Of a DNA stretch of 43,908 nucleotides, positions 26,709-39,601 are shown in pieces. The translations under genes and the position numbers were made by a program. Origin of the DNA: Deltaproteobacteria bacterium RIFCSPLOWO2_02_56_12 (GTDB lineage Bacteria; Desulfobacterota; Binatia; UBA9968); assembly GCA_001799045.1 (NCBI GenBank), contig MGRY01000143.1, positions 1 through 43,908 of the forward strand, given 5' to 3'. The notes beneath the pieces are model-generated. The model was not told where the DNA came from and did no database searches. It worked only from the letters and a program-made list of their open reading frames with translations. Numbering within the stretch: the first letter of the stretch is position 1; every line of letters begins with the position of its first letter.

Positions 26709-27017
26709 CTACTGTAGTTTTATCTCTACATCCACGCCCGCGGCCAGATCCAACTTTCCCAGGGCATCAATGGTCTGCTGGGTAGGTTCCAGGATATCCA
26801 GCAGCCGTTTATGGGTGCGTATTTCAAACTGCTCTCTGGATTTCTTATCCACATGGGGAGAGCGGTTAACCGTAAACCGTTCAATATGCGTCGGAAGCGG
26901 AATGGGTCCGGCCACTCTCCCGCCGGTCCGTTTTACGGTCTCAACAATCTCGCCCACCGACTGGTCCAGAACGCGGTGGTCGTAGGCTCTCAGTCGAATT
27001 CGGATTTTCTCGTTCAT
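26709..27017 (-). CDS. rpsJ: 30S ribosomal protein S10
   Basis: ATG at 27017: [20 protein letters not shown]...GPIPLPT. It is preceded by GAGAGG. The ORF-track start at 27056 reads through the repeat. Confidence 0.96.
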   Translation of the reverse strand: MNEKIRIRLRAYDHRVLDQSVGEIVETVKRTGGRVAGPIPLPTHIERFTVNRSPHVDKKSREQFEIRTHKRLLDILEPTQQTIDALGKLDLAAGVDVEIKLQ

Positions 27018-27036
27018 ACCTCTCGCCTTCGGCGCA

Positions 27037-27128
27037 TTGCAAAATGAAAACTGCAAAGTTCAAAATGCAGAGTTTTTGGGCTTTTCTGCCATTTTAAATT
27101 TTTCAATTTGCACTCTGCATTTTGCATT
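27037..27128 (-). repeat. Family B intercistronic word-palindrome element (fusA>rpsJ spacer)
   Basis: It contains a perfect 12-bp inverted repeat, CAAAATGCAGAG (27061-27072) and CTCTGCATTTTG (27113-27124). The shared 13-mers lie at 27038-27050 and 27116-27128. Confidence 0.75.
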
Positions 27129-27129
27129 T

Positions 27130-29211
27130 TTAAAGTCCAACCGCTTTGGCGCTGATCTCCTCGGAGATGGTAGCGGGCACCGGTTCATAATGCGAAAATT
27201 GCATGGTATAGGTGGCTCTGCCCTGGCTCATCGAGCGCAGATCCGTGGCATATCCAAACATCTCCGCCAGCGGAACGCGCGCCTCAATCACCTGAGCCGC
27301 AGGTCGGGAATCCATGCCAAGGACCTTCCCGCGCCGAGAACTGAGATCTCCGATGACCTCTCCCATGAACTCCTCCGGCACCACCACTTCCACGGCCATG
27401 ATGGGCTCCAACAGGACGGGGGCGGCCTTACTCACCGCATTCTTGAAAGCCAAAGAGCCGGCGATCTTAAAGGCGATCTCCGAGGAGTCCACGTCGTGGT
27501 AACTCCCATCCAGGAGCGTGACCTTGACATCCACTATAGGATAACCAGCCAACGCACCGCTCTCCGTCGCCTCGCGGACTCCTTTTTCCACTGCCGGTAT
27601 ATACTCACGCGGAATAGAGCCGCCCTTGATGGCGTCGACAAACTCAAAACCCTTTCCCGCAGGTTGGGGCTCCACCCGGAGTTCGACATGCCCGTATTGC
27701 CCGCGCCCACCGGTCTGACGAATGAACTTCCCCTCCTCTTCTACTGCCCTGCGGACGGTCTCTTTATAGGCGACTTGAGGCTTGCCGACGTTGGCCCCGA
27801 CATTGAACTCCCTGAGCAGACGGTCGACAATAATCTCCAGGTGGAGTTCTCCCATCCCGGATATGATGGTCTGTCCGGTCTCTTCATCGGTGCGGACCCT
27901 GAAGGAGGGATCCTCGGTAGTCAGTTTTTGCAACGAAAGGCCAAGCTTCTCCTGGTCGGCTTTGCTCTTCGGTTCAATGGCAATGGAAATAACGGGTTCA
28001 GGAAAATCGATAGATTCCAGAATAATCGGGTGGTTCTCATCGCAGAGCGTGTCGCCGGTGGTTGCGGTTCTCAACCCAACGGCGGCGGCAATGTCTCCTG
28101 CATAGACCTCCTTAATCTCCTCGCGTTTGTTCGCGTGCATCTTTAAGAGGCGACCTATCCTCTCCCTTTTCCCTTTGGTAGAGTGATAGACGCTGGAGCC
28201 GGAAAATAAGACGCCAGAGTAAACCCGGAAAAAGGTAAGCGTGCCGACGAATGGATCGGTCATGATTTTAAAGGCCAGCGCCGAAAACGGCGCTTCATCA
28301 CTCGCAGGCCGCTCCTCGTCTTTTTGCGAGGTCGGATGTTTGCCCCAAACCGAAGGAACATCCAAAGGAGAGGGGAGATAATCAACCACGGCATCGAGCA
28401 GGGGTTGGACTCCCTTGTTTTTAAAGGAGGCGCCGCACAGAATGGGGACTAATTTTAATTCGAGACCGGCCTTCCGGATAGCCTGGCGGAGTTCCGTTTC
28501 CGTGATCTCCCGCCCGTCGAGATACTTTTCCATGATGGACTCATCACAGTCGGCCGCAGCCTCCAGAAGCTTTTCCCGGTATTCTTCCGCCTGTCCGGCC
28601 AACTCGCTTGGAATCGGTTCGATGTGGTATTTGGCCCCAAGACTCTCCTCATCCCAAAGGATCGCCTTCATCTGTACCAGGTCAACGATTCCTTTGAAAT
28701 GCTCCTCTGCCCCGATAGGGAGCTGGAGCGGGATCGGCCGGGCCCCCAGACGATCGTGAATCATCCGCACCACACGGAAAAAGTCGGCTCCCATCCGGTC
28801 CATCTTGTTGACGAAGGCAATGCGGGGAACGTGGTATTTGTCTGCCTGACGCCAAACTGTTTCCGTCTGGGGCTCTACCCCTCCAACGGCACAGAAAACC
28901 GCGATGGCCCCGTCGAGCACCCGGAGCGACCGCTCGACCTCAATGGTAAAATCCACATGGCCAGGGGTATCGATGATATTGATCCGATAATCGCGCCACA
29001 GACAGGTGGTAGCCGCAGAAGTGATCGTTATCCCCCGCTCTTGCTCTTGGACCATCCAGTCCATCGTTGCGGTTCCCTCGTCCACTTCACCGATCTTATA
29101 GCTGACACCCGTATAGTAGAGAATCCTCTCAGTCGTCGTAGTCTTCCCCGCATCAATATGGGCCATGATGCCGATATTACGAGTCTTATCTAAAGAGACT
29201 GTCCTTGCCAT
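27130..29211 (-). CDS. fusA: Elongation factor G
   Basis: 693 aa: [36 protein letters not shown] and the EF-G domain III-V pattern. Confidence 0.98.
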   Translation of the reverse strand: MARTVSLDKTRNIGIMAHIDAGKTTTTERILYYTGVSYKIGEVDEGTATMDWMVQEQERGITITSAATTCLWRDYRINIIDTPGHVDFTIEVERSLRVLDGAIAVFCAVGGVEPQTETVWRQADKYHVPRIAFVNKMDRMGADFFRVVRMIHDRLGARPIPLQLPIGAEEHFKGIVDLVQMKAILWDEESLGAKYHIEPIPSELAGQAEEYREKLLEAAADCDESIMEKYLDGREITETELRQAIRKAGLELKLVPILCGASFKNKGVQPLLDAVVDYLPSPLDVPSVWGKHPTSQKDEERPASDEAPFSALAFKIMTDPFVGTLTFFRVYSGVLFSGSSVYHSTKGKRERIGRLLKMHANKREEIKEVYAGDIAAAVGLRTATTGDTLCDENHPIILESIDFPEPVISIAIEPKSKADQEKLGLSLQKLTTEDPSFRVRTDEETGQTIISGMGELHLEIIVDRLLREFNVGANVGKPQVAYKETVRRAVEEEGKFIRQTGGRGQYGHVELRVEPQPAGKGFEFVDAIKGGSIPREYIPAVEKGVREATESGALAGYPIVDVKVTLLDGSYHDVDSSEIAFKIAGSLAFKNAVSKAAPVLLEPIMAVEVVVPEEFMGEVIGDLSSRRGKVLGMDSRPAAQVIEARVPLAEMFGYATDLRSMSQGRATYTMQFSHYEPVPATISEEISAKAVGL

Positions 29212-29225
29212 TGATCCTCATCACA

Positions 29226-29257
29226 GGAAAAAAAGGAGGCGGTTCAACCGCCTCCTT
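29226..29257 (-). terminator. Intrinsic-terminator-like hairpin plus U-tract between rpsG and fusA
   Basis: In mRNA sense: AAGGAGGCGG-UUGAA-CCGCCUCCUU followed by further U (7 consecutive U in total). The stem is a perfect 10 bp, formed by 29257-29248 and 29242-29233. The U-tract ends 16 nt before the fusA ATG. Confidence 0.6.
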
Positions 29258-29283
29258 GATCCCAATTGCATCCTCGAATTGCC

Positions 29284-29760
<477 letters not shown>

Positions 29761-30132
29761 CTACTTGGGCTTCTTGGCCCCGTATTTGGAGCGGCTCTGG
29801 CGTCGTTCCTGCACCCCGATGGAATCCAACGTGCCGCGAATGATGTGATATCTTACCCCCGGCAGATCCTTGACCCTACCACCGCGAATCAGCACAACCG
29901 AGTGCTCTTGCAAGTTGTGTCCTACTCCGGGAATATAAGAGGTTACTTCAATGCCATTGGTAAGACGGACCCTCGCTACCTTGCGCAATGCCGAATTTGG
30001 TTTCTTTGGCGTTGAGGTATAGACCCGGGTACAGACCCCTCTTTTCTGGGGACATCCCTGCAGGGCCGGAGCAGTATTCTTCCGCCTTTGCTTCTCTCTA
30101 GTGATACGTATTAACTGACTGATAGTGGGCAT
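29761..30132 (-). CDS. rpsL: 30S ribosomal protein S12
   Basis: MPTISQLIR...[31 protein letters not shown]. Confidence 0.98.
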   Translation of the reverse strand: MPTISQLIRITREKQRRKNTAPALQGCPQKRGVCTRVYTSTPKKPNSALRKVARVRLTNGIEVTSYIPGVGHNLQEHSVVLIRGGRVKDLPGVRYHIIRGTLDSIGVQERRQSRSKYGAKKPK

Positions 30133-30201
30133 ACTTTACCACGCACGAACTCGTGCCTTTAATAACAAATCCGGAGCCAATATTCCCTGTCGAAATTACT
30201 A

Positions 30202-30230
30202 TACTTAACAAACATTTCTCCTCTTGTCAA
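30202..30230 (-). promoter_or_regulatory. Candidate sigma70 promoter upstream of rpsL
   Basis: On the minus strand: TTGACA (30230-30225), 17 nt, TAAGTA (30207-30202), with TG 1 nt upstream of the -10 element. It lies in the 107-nt rpoC>rpsL spacer. Confidence 0.35.
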
Positions 30231-30239
30231 AGCCGGCTC

Positions 30240-33200
30240 CTATGCGCGAGCGGCCTCCGAGATTTCCACCTCTTCTAGCTCAGGCTCGTCCATCTCCAAC
30301 TCCACCTTAGAGTACCTGGCAAGCCCCGTTCCTGCCGGGATCAACCTCCCCATGATCACGTTTTCTTTAAGCCCGCAGAGTAGATCCACTTTCCCCTGGA
30401 TGGCCGCCTCGGTTAGCACTTTGGTGGTCTCTTGGAATGAAGCAGCTGAGATAAAACTCTCCGTTGACAGGGAGGCCTTGGTGATCCCCAAGAGCAGGGG
30501 TTCCGCCACAGCCGGTTTTCCACCCTGGGCGAGCACTTTCTGATTCTCCTCTTCGAAACGCCCCTTTTCCACTTGATCCCCGACAAGAAAATCGGCATCC
30601 CCAACTTCCTTGATCCGGACGCGACGGAGCATTTGCCGCACGATCACTTCGATGTGCTTGTCATTAATCCGCACTCCTTGAAGCCGATAGATCTCCTGGA
30701 CCTCATCCACCATGTACTTGGCCAGCGCCTTCTCCCCGAGGATGTTGAGAATGTCGTGGGGATTGGACGAGCCGTCCATCAAGGGTTCTCCCGCCTTGAC
30801 CCGGTCTCCCTCATGGACGCCGATGTGCTTCCCCTTCGGGATCAAATACTCCCTAGGTTCTCCGACTTCCGGATTAATCACGACCTTTCGTTTCCCCTTG
30901 GTATCTTTGCCAAAGCAGACAACACCGTCAATCTCGCTAATGACGGCAAACTCCTTGGGTTTACGGGCCTCAAACAGCTCAGCCACCCTGGGGAGACCAC
31001 CGGTGATGTCCTTAGTCTTGGTGGTCTCGCGCGGGATCTTGGCCAACGCATCCCCGGCGGATACGGTCTGCCCATCTTGAACATTGATGTGCGCACCAAC
31101 CGGCACGAGATAGCGCGCCTCCATGGTCTGCGACAGACGGGTCGTCTTCCCTTCCACATCCTTGATCGAAATCCGTGGACGCTTATCCACGTCTTTAGAG
31201 TCAATGATGACCTTGGTCGAGAGGCCGGTCCGCTCATCCACCTTCTCTTCCATTGTTATCGCCTGGATAACGTCGCCGAACTTCACTGTCCCGCCCACTT
31301 CGGTAAGGATCGGAACCGTATAGGGATCCCACTCTGCTAGGAGTTCGCCCGCCTTGATCTTCGAACCGTCTTTCTTCTTGAACTTCGCGCCGTACATTAC
31401 CGGGTAGCGCTCCCGCTCTCGCTCTCTCCCTTTCTCCCCTTCCGGGTAATCAACGATGGCGATTTCGCCGTTTCGGTTCATCACCACGAGATCCCCGTCC
31501 TTATTGACAACCGTGCTGACGTTGATGAACTTAAGGGAGCCGTCGTTGCGGGACTCCAGGGTAGTCTGCTCCGCCCTTCGACTGGCGGTTCCCCCGATAT
31601 GGAAGGTCCGCATGGTGAGCTGTGTCCCCGGCTCTCCAATGGACTGGGCAGCGATCACACCGATAGCCTCACCGTGAGTGACATTGTGGCCGCGGGCCAG
31701 GTCACGTCCATAACACATCACGCAAACTCCCCGCTTGGACTGACAGGTCAGCACGGATCGAATTTTAATACGCTCCAGACCGGCATCCTCAATGCGCTGG
31801 ACGAGATCCTCGTCAATCCCCTGATTGGATTTGACGATTACTTCGCTGGTGAACGGATCCTTGACATCTTCCAACGCGACCCTACCCAGCACGCGCTCCC
31901 CAAGGGGTTCGATGATCTCGCCCCCCTCCATCAATGGCGTCATTTCGATTCCATCTAGCGTCCCGCAGTTATCTTCCGAAATAATCGCGTCCTGGGCGAC
32001 GTCAACAAGACGACGCGTGAGGTATCCCGAGTTCGCGGTCTTGAGAGCCGTGTCCGCTAACCCTTTGCGCGCCCCGTGGGTGGAGATAAAGTACTGCAGC
32101 ACCGTCAGCCCTTCCCTGAAATTGGCCGTGATGGGAGTTTCAATGATCTCTCCGGAAGGCTTGGCCATGAGTCCGCGCATCCCTGCGAGCTGGCGAATTT
32201 GTTGGGCACTGCCTCGGGCGCCCGAATCCGCCATCATAAAAATCGGGTTGAAGCTGGGGACGGTAACCTTATGCCCCTTTTCGTCCGTGAGGCTCTCGGT
32301 GCCGAGATCACGCAGCATTTCATCAGCGATCCGGTCCGTTACTTCGGCCCAGATATCGACCACCTTGTTGTAACGCTCGCCGTCCGTGATCAGCCCATTT
32401 TTGTACTGCTCCTCAATCTCGCGCACATCCTCGTACGCCTTCTTGAGCAACTCCCCTTTGCCGGCAGGGATCGCCATATCCTTGATCGCAATCGATATCC
32501 CCGCCCTGGTCGCATAATGAAATCCGATATCCTTAAGCTTATCGGCGAAGATGACGGTGGCCTTATTCCCCGCGAGCCGATAGCTTAGTTCGATCAGGTT
32601 GGCGAGCTCCTTTTTCTTCATCACCCGATTGACTTCCTGAAAAGCGATCTCGGGGGGAACCACTTCATAAAGAAGGATTCGGCCGACCGTTGTTTCGATT
32701 CGCTCCTTGTTGATGCGAACTGTAATCCTGGCCTGGAGGTCCACCTCGCCCTGATCGTAGGCAATGCGCACTTCCTGCACATTGGCAAAGGGGTGATCTA
32801 TACCTCTGGCATTCGGCCGCTCTCTGGTCATGTAATAAAGACCCAGGACGATATCCTGCGTGGGAACGATGATCGGTTTGCCATTGGCAGGCGAGAGAAT
32901 ATTGTTGGTCGACATCATCAGGGCCCGCGCCTCGACCTGAGCCTCGACGGAGAGGGGAACATGGACCGCCATCTGATCCCCGTCGAAATCAGCGTTGTAA
33001 GCTGCGCACACCAGGGGGTGCAACTGGATCGCCTTTCCTTCTATGAGAATCGGCTCAAACGCCTGGATGCCGAGCCGATGTAGGGTCGGAGCTCGGTTGA
33101 GCAGCACAGGATGTTCCCGAATCACCTCATCCAGGATATCCCAGACCTCCGGCCGCTCCTTTTCCACCATCTTCTTTGCGCTCTTGATCGTGGTGACGTA

Positions 33201-34376
33201 TCCTCTCTCCTCTAGTTTGTTGTAGATAAAAGGTTTGAATAGCTCCAGGGCCATCTTCTTGGGTAGCCCGCACTGATGCAGTCGGAGCTCTGGACCGACC
33301 ACGATCACCGAGCGACCGGAGTAATCCACCCTCTTTCCCAGAAGGTTCTGCCGGAAGCGTCCGGTTTTTCCCTTCAGCATGTCGCTGAGAGACTTGAGCG
33401 GCCGCCGGTTCTGGCCGGTGATCGCCCTTCCCCTCCGACCGTTGTCAAACAGGGCGTCGACAGCCTCCTGCAGCATGCGCTTCTCGTTGCGGATGATCAT
33501 ATCCGGGGCGCTGAGCTCCATAAGCCGCTTGAGACGGTTGTTGCGGTTGATCACGCGACGATAGAGATCATTGAGATCGGAAGTGGCAAATCGACCTCCG
33601 TCCAGAGGTACAAGCGGGCGCAGATCCGGAGGGATCACCGGGACCACCTCAAGGACCATCCATTCCGGACGGTTCCCCGAGTTTTTAAAGGCGTTAATTA
33701 CTTTTAGCCGTTTCGCCATCTTCTTGCGCCGCACCTCGGAATTGGCATCCCGCATTTCCTGGTGCAGCTCTTCGGACAGCTTCTGAACATCTACGGTCTT
33801 AAGCAGCTTACGAACCGCCTCGGCCCCCATTTCCGCGGTGAAGTTCGGGCCGTATTCCTCCAGGGCCTTGCGGTAACGGGCCTCAGTGAGCAGCTCCTTG
33901 TATTGCAAGGGGGTCGTTCCCGGATCGATCACAATATAGGATTCAAAATAGAGGATTTTCTCGATGTCCTTGAGCGACATATCGAGAAGCGCGCCGATTC
34001 GGCTGGGCAGACTTTTTAAGAACCAGATGTGGACGACCGACGTGGCCAGCTCAATGTGTCCCATCCGCTCCCGGCGGACTTTCGATTGAATCACCTCCAC
34101 CCCGCACTTCTCGCAAACCACACCCCGATGGCGCATCCTCTTATACTTGCCGCAATTGCACTCGTAATCTTTGGTCGGACCAAAAATCTTGGCGCAAAAA
34201 AGACCGTCGCGTTCCGGCTTAAACGTCCGGTAGTTGATGGTTTCGGGCTTCTTTACCTCCCCATGGGACCAAGAGCGGATCTTTTCTGGAGAGGCGAGAC
34301 GAATTTTAATAGCATTGAAGCTAAGTGGGTTTTTAGGCTTTTCAAAGAGATTGAACAGATCTTCCATAAGGTCCAC
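30240..34376 (-). CDS. rpoC: DNA-directed RNA polymerase subunit beta'
   Basis: 1378 aa with the zinc site [23 protein letters not shown], the catalytic motif [15 protein letters not shown], and bridge-helix and trigger-loop regions. Confidence 0.98.
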   Translation of the reverse strand: MDLMEDLFNLFEKPKNPLSFNAIKIRLASPEKIRSWSHGEVKKPETINYRTFKPERDGLFCAKIFGPTKDYECNCGKYKRMRHRGVVCEKCGVEVIQSKVRRERMGHIELATSVVHIWFLKSLPSRIGALLDMSLKDIEKILYFESYIVIDPGTTPLQYKELLTEARYRKALEEYGPNFTAEMGAEAVRKLLKTVDVQKLSEELHQEMRDANSEVRRKKMAKRLKVINAFKNSGNRPEWMVLEVVPVIPPDLRPLVPLDGGRFATSDLNDLYRRVINRNNRLKRLMELSAPDMIIRNEKRMLQEAVDALFDNGRRGRAITGQNRRPLKSLSDMLKGKTGRFRQNLLGKRVDYSGRSVIVVGPELRLHQCGLPKKMALELFKPFIYNKLEERGYVTTIKSAKKMVEKERPEVWDILDEVIREHPVLLNRAPTLHRLGIQAFEPILIEGKAIQLHPLVCAAYNADFDGDQMAVHVPLSVEAQVEARALMMSTNNILSPANGKPIIVPTQDIVLGLYYMTRERPNARGIDHPFANVQEVRIAYDQGEVDLQARITVRINKERIETTVGRILLYEVVPPEIAFQEVNRVMKKKELANLIELSYRLAGNKATVIFADKLKDIGFHYATRAGISIAIKDMAIPAGKGELLKKAYEDVREIEEQYKNGLITDGERYNKVVDIWAEVTDRIADEMLRDLGTESLTDEKGHKVTVPSFNPIFMMADSGARGSAQQIRQLAGMRGLMAKPSGEIIETPITANFREGLTVLQYFISTHGARKGLADTALKTANSGYLTRRLVDVAQDAIISEDNCGTLDGIEMTPLMEGGEIIEPLGERVLGRVALEDVKDPFTSEVIVKSNQGIDEDLVQRIEDAGLERIKIRSVLTCQSKRGVCVMCYGRDLARGHNVTHGEAIGVIAAQSIGEPGTQLTMRTFHIGGTASRRAEQTTLESRNDGSLKFINVSTVVNKDGDLVVMNRNGEIAIVDYPEGEKGRERERERYPVMYGAKFKKKDGSKIKAGELLAEWDPYTVPILTEVGGTVKFGDVIQAITMEEKVDERTGLSTKVIIDSKDVDKRPRISIKDVEGKTTRLSQTMEARYLVPVGAHINVQDGQTVSAGDALAKIPRETTKTKDITGGLPRVAELFEARKPKEFAVISEIDGVVCFGKDTKGKRKVVINPEVGEPREYLIPKGKHIGVHEGDRVKAGEPLMDGSSNPHDILNILGEKALAKYMVDEVQEIYRLQGVRINDKHIEVIVRQMLRRVRIKEVGDADFLVGDQVEKGRFEEENQKVLAQGGKPAVAEPLLLGITKASLSTESFISAASFQETTKVLTEAAIQGKVDLLCGLKENVIMGRLIPAGTGLARYSKVELEMDEPELEEVEISEAARA

Positions 34377-34410
34377 CTATTATAGTTTGAGGAACAGCAT
34401 GCAGTGCTTC

Positions 34411-37400
34411 CTATTTTTCCTCCACCAGGCTCACGTCCAGACCCAGACTCTGTAATTCTTTAACCATGACATTGAAGGACTCCGGCAAACCGGGCTCGAG
34501 AAGATTATCCCCTTTCACGATGGCCTCGTACATTCGCGTCCGGCCCACCACGTCATCCGATTTAACCGTCAGCATCTCCTGGAGTGTGTAAGCGGCCCCG
34601 TAGGCTTCCAGGGCCCAGACCTCCATCTCTCCGAGCCGCTGCCCGCCGAACTGTGCTTTTCCACCTAGGGGTTGCTGGGTAACCAGAGAATAGGGGCCGG
34701 TTGAGCGCGCATGGATCTTATCGTCCACCAAGTGGTGCAGCTTCATGATATACATGATCCCCACCGTAACCTTCTGATCGAACGGCTCCCCGGTCCGGCC
34801 ATCGTGGAGAGTTACCTGTCCGGTAGCCGGGAGCCCGGCCTTGCGCAGGAGATTGAAGATCTCCTCCTCGGTGGCGCCGTCAAAAACGGGAGAGGCCAGA
34901 TGAATGCCCTTGCAGTATTTTTGCGCCAGCCTTATTACATCCTGATCTTTGAGTTCTTCGACGAACTCATTGACCTCGCGGGAGGACAAGAACTCTTTCA
35001 GGCGGCGGCGAAGACTATCCGCGTCCGGACGGCCATTGTTCAATAGCTCATCGATCTGCTGCCCTAGACTGCGAGCGGCCCAGCCCAGATGGGCCTCCAG
35101 AATCTGCCCCACGTTCATCCTGGAAGGAACTCCCAAGGGGTTCAACACAATATCGACCGGGGTCCCATCCTCTAAAAAGGGCATGTCCTCCTCTGGCAGG
35201 ATACGTGAAATGACCCCCTTGTTGCCGTGGCGTCCGGCCATCTTATCTCCCACCTGCAGCTTCCGCTTGATAGCGACAAAGACCTTGACCATCCGGATGA
35301 CCCCAGGGGGAAGCTCATCTCCGCCCTTGAGCTTATTGATCTTGTCCTGAAAGACCATTTTGATCAGATCCACTTGTTCCGTGGCGCTTTCCACGATGCG
35401 CTTAAGCTCGGCTTCCACCGATTCATTATCGACCCGGATCTCCCCCCAATAGGCCAGCGGGATCTCCTCCAACTCCTCCTCCGTGATCTCCTTCCCTTTG
35501 TTAAGAAGAACCTTCCGGTTGTCATCGCTGAGGCGTGCGGCCGTGCGGCGGCCCACCAGGAGCTTTTTGAGGCGCTTCAGCGCCCCCTCCTGGATGATGC
35601 GCACCTCGTCATGCTGATCCTTCTTCAGGCGGCTGATCTCCTCATCTTCAATGACCCGGCTCCTCTCATCCTTACCCATCCCCTTGCGGGAGAAAATCCG
35701 CACGTTGATGACCGTCCCTTCCACTCCAGGCGGAACCCTGAGCGAGGTATCCCGCACCTCGCCGGCTTTTTCTCCGAAGATGGCGCGCAGGAGTTTTTCT
35801 TCGGGAGAGAGCTGGGTCTCTCCTTTAGGCGTGATCTTACCCACCAGAATATCCCCCGGCTTCACCTCTGCCCCGATGCGGGTGATGCCGCTCTCATCGA
35901 GGTCCGTTAACGCCTCATCGCCAACATTGGGGATATCACGCGTGATCTCCTCAGGCCCAAGCTTGGTGTCCCGGGAGACGCACTCAAACTCCTCGATGTG
36001 AATGGAGGTGAAAACATCCTCTTTGACCACGCGCTCGCTGATCAGAATGGAATCCTCAAAATTATATCCTCCCCAGGGCATCAACGCGACCATGACATTG
36101 CGACCCAAGGCCAGCTCGCCCATCTCGGTAGATGGCCCATCGGCAATAACATCCCCCGCCTTCACATGATCCCCCACGACCACGATGGGTCTCTGGTTGA
36201 TGCAGGTATTTTGATTGGATCGCTGGTACTTCACCAGGTTGTAGATATCCACTCCCGTATCCCGGTGTGCCCCGGAGGGTCGATCGGCCTTGACGACAAT
36301 TCGGGTGGAGTCGACGCTTTCCACCACACCATCACGTTTGGCAACCGCGGTCACGCCGGAATCGCGCGCCACCACCTTCTCCATTCCAGTTCCGACTAAA
36401 GGAGCCTCGGTACGGAGCAAGGGGACCGCCTGGCGCTGCATGTTGGAACCCATGAGCGCACGGTTGGCATCGTCATTTTCCAGGAAGGGAATGAGGGAGG
36501 CAGCCACGCTCACCAACTGGTTCGGCGAGACGTCCATGAAGTCCACCTCTTCCGGTCGGGCCATCACAAATTCGCCACCCTTGCGCGCTGAAACAAGATC
36601 CGCCGTGAACGTGCCCCGGCTGTCGATCGGCGCATTGGCCTGGGCGATCACATGATCCTCCTCTTCCAGCGCGGAGAGATAGCGGATGCGATCGGTGACG
36701 CGACTATTTTCCACCTCGCGGTACGGCGTCTCGATGAAACCGTACTCGTTCACCCTCGCGTAGGTAGTAAGAGAGGCGATGAGACCGATATTGGGACCCT
36801 CAGGGGTTTCAATCGGGCAGACTCGACCATAATGGGTGGGATGAACGTCCCGGACCTCGAATCCCGCCCTCTCACGGGTCAAACCTCCCGGACCCAGTGC
36901 CGAGAGGCGACGCTTGTGGGTAATCTCCGAGAGAGGGTTGGTCTGATCCATGAACTGGGAGAGCTGGCTGGAGCCAAAAAACTCTTTCAGGGCCGCGGAG
37001 ACGGGCTTGTAGTTGATCAGCTCCTGGGGCATCAGCGTCTCGATGTCCTGGAGGCTCATCTTCTCCTTGATGGCTCTTTCCATTCTTACCAGCCCCACGC
37101 GGAAGTGGTTCTCGACGAGCTCGCCCACCGCTCGCACCCGCCGATTTCCAAGATGGTCAATATCGTCCACGGAACCGTTCCCGTTTTTAAGCTCCATGAG
37201 GTAACGAACCACCTCCAGGATATCTTCCTTGCGCAACGTCCCCTGTTCTAAAGGCACGCTGAGCTTGAGCCGGTGGTTTAACTTGAGCCTTCCCACCTTG
37301 GAGAGATCGTAGCGATCGGGATTGAAAAAGAGATTGTTAAAGAAGTTAGTGGCCGAGTCTTTGGTGGGCGGGTCTCCAGGTCGGAGACGGCGGTAAATTT

Positions 37401-38559
37401 CAAGTATGGAGTGTTCTATTGCTTTTTCTTGCTTTTTATTCTCTTCCTTTTCCTGGGACAGTTGATCAAGCCTGTCCTGCAGCAAGGTGTTGCGCAAATG
37501 GGGACCTACGCGGGAATCATCAATGAAGAGAACCTCAATTTCGCTGAGCCCCTTTTCTCGGATAAGATCCAGTCTCTCCTGGGTGATCTCCTGGTTACAT
37601 TCTACCAAGACCTTGCGGTTCTCAGGATCCACGATGTTGTGCGCGGCGACTCGCCCGAGGACATCCTCCCAGGCAACCGCAACATGCTTGATGCGGGAGA
37701 GTTCCATCTGACGGACCAAAGGTCGGGTAAACTTTTTCCCTTCCCTTACGATGAGCTCGTTGCTCTTCGGATCACGGACGTCGGAACCCGCCTTAATTCC
37801 AACCAGGTGATCAGGCTTGAAGACCAAGAGCGGCTTTCTCCCCTCAAACACGATGGTATCGGTCTTGTGAAAATAGTTGAGCAGGTCTTCGGTGGTCATT
37901 CCCAAAGCCCTGAGCAGAACCGTGGCATGGAACTTGCGCCGCCTGTCGATGCGGACATAAAGGATATCTCTCGGATCAAACTCAAAATCGAGCCAGGAAC
38001 CCCGGTAAGGGATGACTCGGGCGGAGTAAAGGAGCTTACCACTGGCATGGGTCTTTCCCTTATCGTGCTCGAAAAATGCCCCGGGTGAGCGATGGAGCTG
38101 ACTCACGATAACGCGCTCTGTCCCGTTGACCATAAAGGTTCCATTCTTGGTCATTAACGGAACCTCGCCAAAATATACCTCTTGTTCCTTAACGTTCTTG
38201 ATGGTCCGACTACCGGTCTGAGGGTCCACGTCCCACAGAACCAGCTGCACCGTAACCTTTAAAGGAGCCGCATATGTCATCCCGCGCTGGTGACATTCTT
38301 CCACGTCATACTTCGGCTCACCGAGACTATAACCCACGAACTCCAGAGAGGCCGTCTCATTGAAGTCCTTGATGGGAAAAACAGATTTAAAAACCTCTTG
38401 AAGTCCTATGCCCTGTCGCTGGTTCGGTAGGACATCTTTTTGCAGAAAGAGGTCGTAGGAGTTTTTCTGGATTTCAATCAGGTAGGGAAGATCGATAATC
38501 TTCCTAATCCTACCAAAATTGCGGCGATACCTTACATTGTGGGCCACTTGAAATGCCAT
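34411..38559 (-). CDS. rpoB: DNA-directed RNA polymerase subunit beta
   Basis: 1382 aa with the Rif-region pattern [34 protein letters not shown] and the C-terminal [19 protein letters not shown]. Confidence 0.98.
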   Translation of the reverse strand: MAFQVAHNVRYRRNFGRIRKIIDLPYLIEIQKNSYDLFLQKDVLPNQRQGIGLQEVFKSVFPIKDFNETASLEFVGYSLGEPKYDVEECHQRGMTYAAPLKVTVQLVLWDVDPQTGSRTIKNVKEQEVYFGEVPLMTKNGTFMVNGTERVIVSQLHRSPGAFFEHDKGKTHASGKLLYSARVIPYRGSWLDFEFDPRDILYVRIDRRRKFHATVLLRALGMTTEDLLNYFHKTDTIVFEGRKPLLVFKPDHLVGIKAGSDVRDPKSNELIVREGKKFTRPLVRQMELSRIKHVAVAWEDVLGRVAAHNIVDPENRKVLVECNQEITQERLDLIREKGLSEIEVLFIDDSRVGPHLRNTLLQDRLDQLSQEKEENKKQEKAIEHSILEIYRRLRPGDPPTKDSATNFFNNLFFNPDRYDLSKVGRLKLNHRLKLSVPLEQGTLRKEDILEVVRYLMELKNGNGSVDDIDHLGNRRVRAVGELVENHFRVGLVRMERAIKEKMSLQDIETLMPQELINYKPVSAALKEFFGSSQLSQFMDQTNPLSEITHKRRLSALGPGGLTRERAGFEVRDVHPTHYGRVCPIETPEGPNIGLIASLTTYARVNEYGFIETPYREVENSRVTDRIRYLSALEEEDHVIAQANAPIDSRGTFTADLVSARKGGEFVMARPEEVDFMDVSPNQLVSVAASLIPFLENDDANRALMGSNMQRQAVPLLRTEAPLVGTGMEKVVARDSGVTAVAKRDGVVESVDSTRIVVKADRPSGAHRDTGVDIYNLVKYQRSNQNTCINQRPIVVVGDHVKAGDVIADGPSTEMGELALGRNVMVALMPWGGYNFEDSILISERVVKEDVFTSIHIEEFECVSRDTKLGPEEITRDIPNVGDEALTDLDESGITRIGAEVKPGDILVGKITPKGETQLSPEEKLLRAIFGEKAGEVRDTSLRVPPGVEGTVINVRIFSRKGMGKDERSRVIEDEEISRLKKDQHDEVRIIQEGALKRLKKLLVGRRTAARLSDDNRKVLLNKGKEITEEELEEIPLAYWGEIRVDNESVEAELKRIVESATEQVDLIKMVFQDKINKLKGGDELPPGVIRMVKVFVAIKRKLQVGDKMAGRHGNKGVISRILPEEDMPFLEDGTPVDIVLNPLGVPSRMNVGQILEAHLGWAARSLGQQIDELLNNGRPDADSLRRRLKEFLSSREVNEFVEELKDQDVIRLAQKYCKGIHLASPVFDGATEEEIFNLLRKAGLPATGQVTLHDGRTGEPFDQKVTVGIMYIMKLHHLVDDKIHARSTGPYSLVTQQPLGGKAQFGGQRLGEMEVWALEAYGAAYTLQEMLTVKSDDVVGRTRMYEAIVKGDNLLEPGLPESFNVMVKELQSLGLDVSLVEEK

Positions 38560-38620
38560 GATTACTCCTCTTCGAATAAGCCGTTAAGAATCAGCAAGGA
38601 AAACGTTGGGGGACAAAGGC

Positions 38621-38998
38621 CTATTTAATCTCGACCTTGCCTCCCACCTCTTCGATTTTTTTCTTGACTGTCTCGGCCTCGGCCTTGGAAACGCCTTCCT
38701 TAATCGCCTTAGGTGCGCCGTCCACCAGATCCTTCGCCTCTTTTAGGCCTAGACTAGTGAGCTCACGCACCACCTTGATGACCTGGATCTTCTTTTCCCC
38801 AGCTTCGGTTAGGATAGCGTCGAATTCCGTCTTCTCTTCTTGAGCCGCCGCTGGTCCAGCCGCAGCGGCAGCGATGGCTACCGGCGCCGCTGCGCTCACC
38901 CCCAGTTCGCCCTCCAGCTCCTTGACCAAAGCTGCTGCATCCATCAGCGACATGTTCTTAATAAAGTCCTTCACCTGTTCTTTCGTTACTTCTGCCAT
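38621..38998 (-). CDS. rplL: 50S ribosomal protein L7/L12
   Basis: 125 aa with an Ala-rich hinge and the C-terminal [24 protein letters not shown]. Confidence 0.97.
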   Translation of the reverse strand: MAEVTKEQVKDFIKNMSLMDAAALVKELEGELGVSAAAPVAIAAAAAGPAAAQEEKTEFDAILTEAGEKKIQVIKVVRELTSLGLKEAKDLVDGAPKAIKEGVSKAEAETVKKKIEEVGGKVEIK

Positions 38999-39039
38999 GG
39001 GTCCTTCCCCTTTCTATAAATTTCACTAGGATTTAGAAA

Positions 39040-39582
39040 TTAAACTTCCGATTTCCCCTTGCGTAGCGTTTCGACGAGCCGTACCACCCTCGCTCCCGGC
39101 TCCTGGATGAGACGGAGGAGTTGAACCGCAGGAGCCTGCATGAGGGCAAGGAGCTTGGCCTGGAGTTCCGGACGACTGGGCATCTGGGCCAAGACCTTCA
39201 CCTTTGCCTGATCCATGAACTCGCCCTCGAACAGTCCTCCTTTGATTGCCAGCTTCTCATTCTCTTCGATAAATTTGACTAAGGTCTTGGAGAGCGTTAT
39301 CGGATCCTCATAGCCAAAAATCCAACCGTTCGGCCCCTCAAGGAGACGATCCAAAGAACCGTAGGGGGAGTCTTTTAGGGCACGACGCACCAAGGTATTC
39401 TTGATCACTTGGTACTCCCCCGAGGCCTTACGGATCTCCCGACGAAGCCGTGTCATCTGTGCCACCGTCAGACCCCGATATTCAGTAACGATGGCCATCT
39501 TGGCTGCCTTAAACTTCTCCTGAACTGCGGCGACGCTCTTGGCTTTTTCCTCGATCGACGCCTTCATCGCTAACTCAGCCAT
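39040..39582 (-). CDS. rplJ: 50S ribosomal protein L10
   Basis: VTEYRGLTVAQMTRLRREIRKASGEYQVIKNTL. It lies between rplA and rplL. Confidence 0.95.
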   Translation of the reverse strand: MAELAMKASIEEKAKSVAAVQEKFKAAKMAIVTEYRGLTVAQMTRLRREIRKASGEYQVIKNTLVRRALKDSPYGSLDRLLEGPNGWIFGYEDPITLSKTLVKFIEENEKLAIKGGLFEGEFMDQAKVKVLAQMPSRPELQAKLLALMQAPAVQLLRLIQEPGARVVRLVETLRKGKSEV

Positions 39583-39601
39583 GCCGTTTTCTCCTTAAGG
39601 C

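Noticed and set aside
27037-28146. 369-aa ORF on the + strand
   Set aside because: It is entirely antisense to the strongly conserved fusA. The Arg/Leu/Gly/His-rich composition is typical of the reverse frame of a GC-balanced gene. It begins inside the family B repeat and has no recognisable motif.
30573-38088. Multiple 100-255-aa + strand ORFs (for example 30573-31340, 35227-35910, 37411-38088)
   Set aside because: All are antisense to rpoC or rpoB, which account for the region completely. Their compositions are low-complexity and Arg/Leu/Pro-rich.
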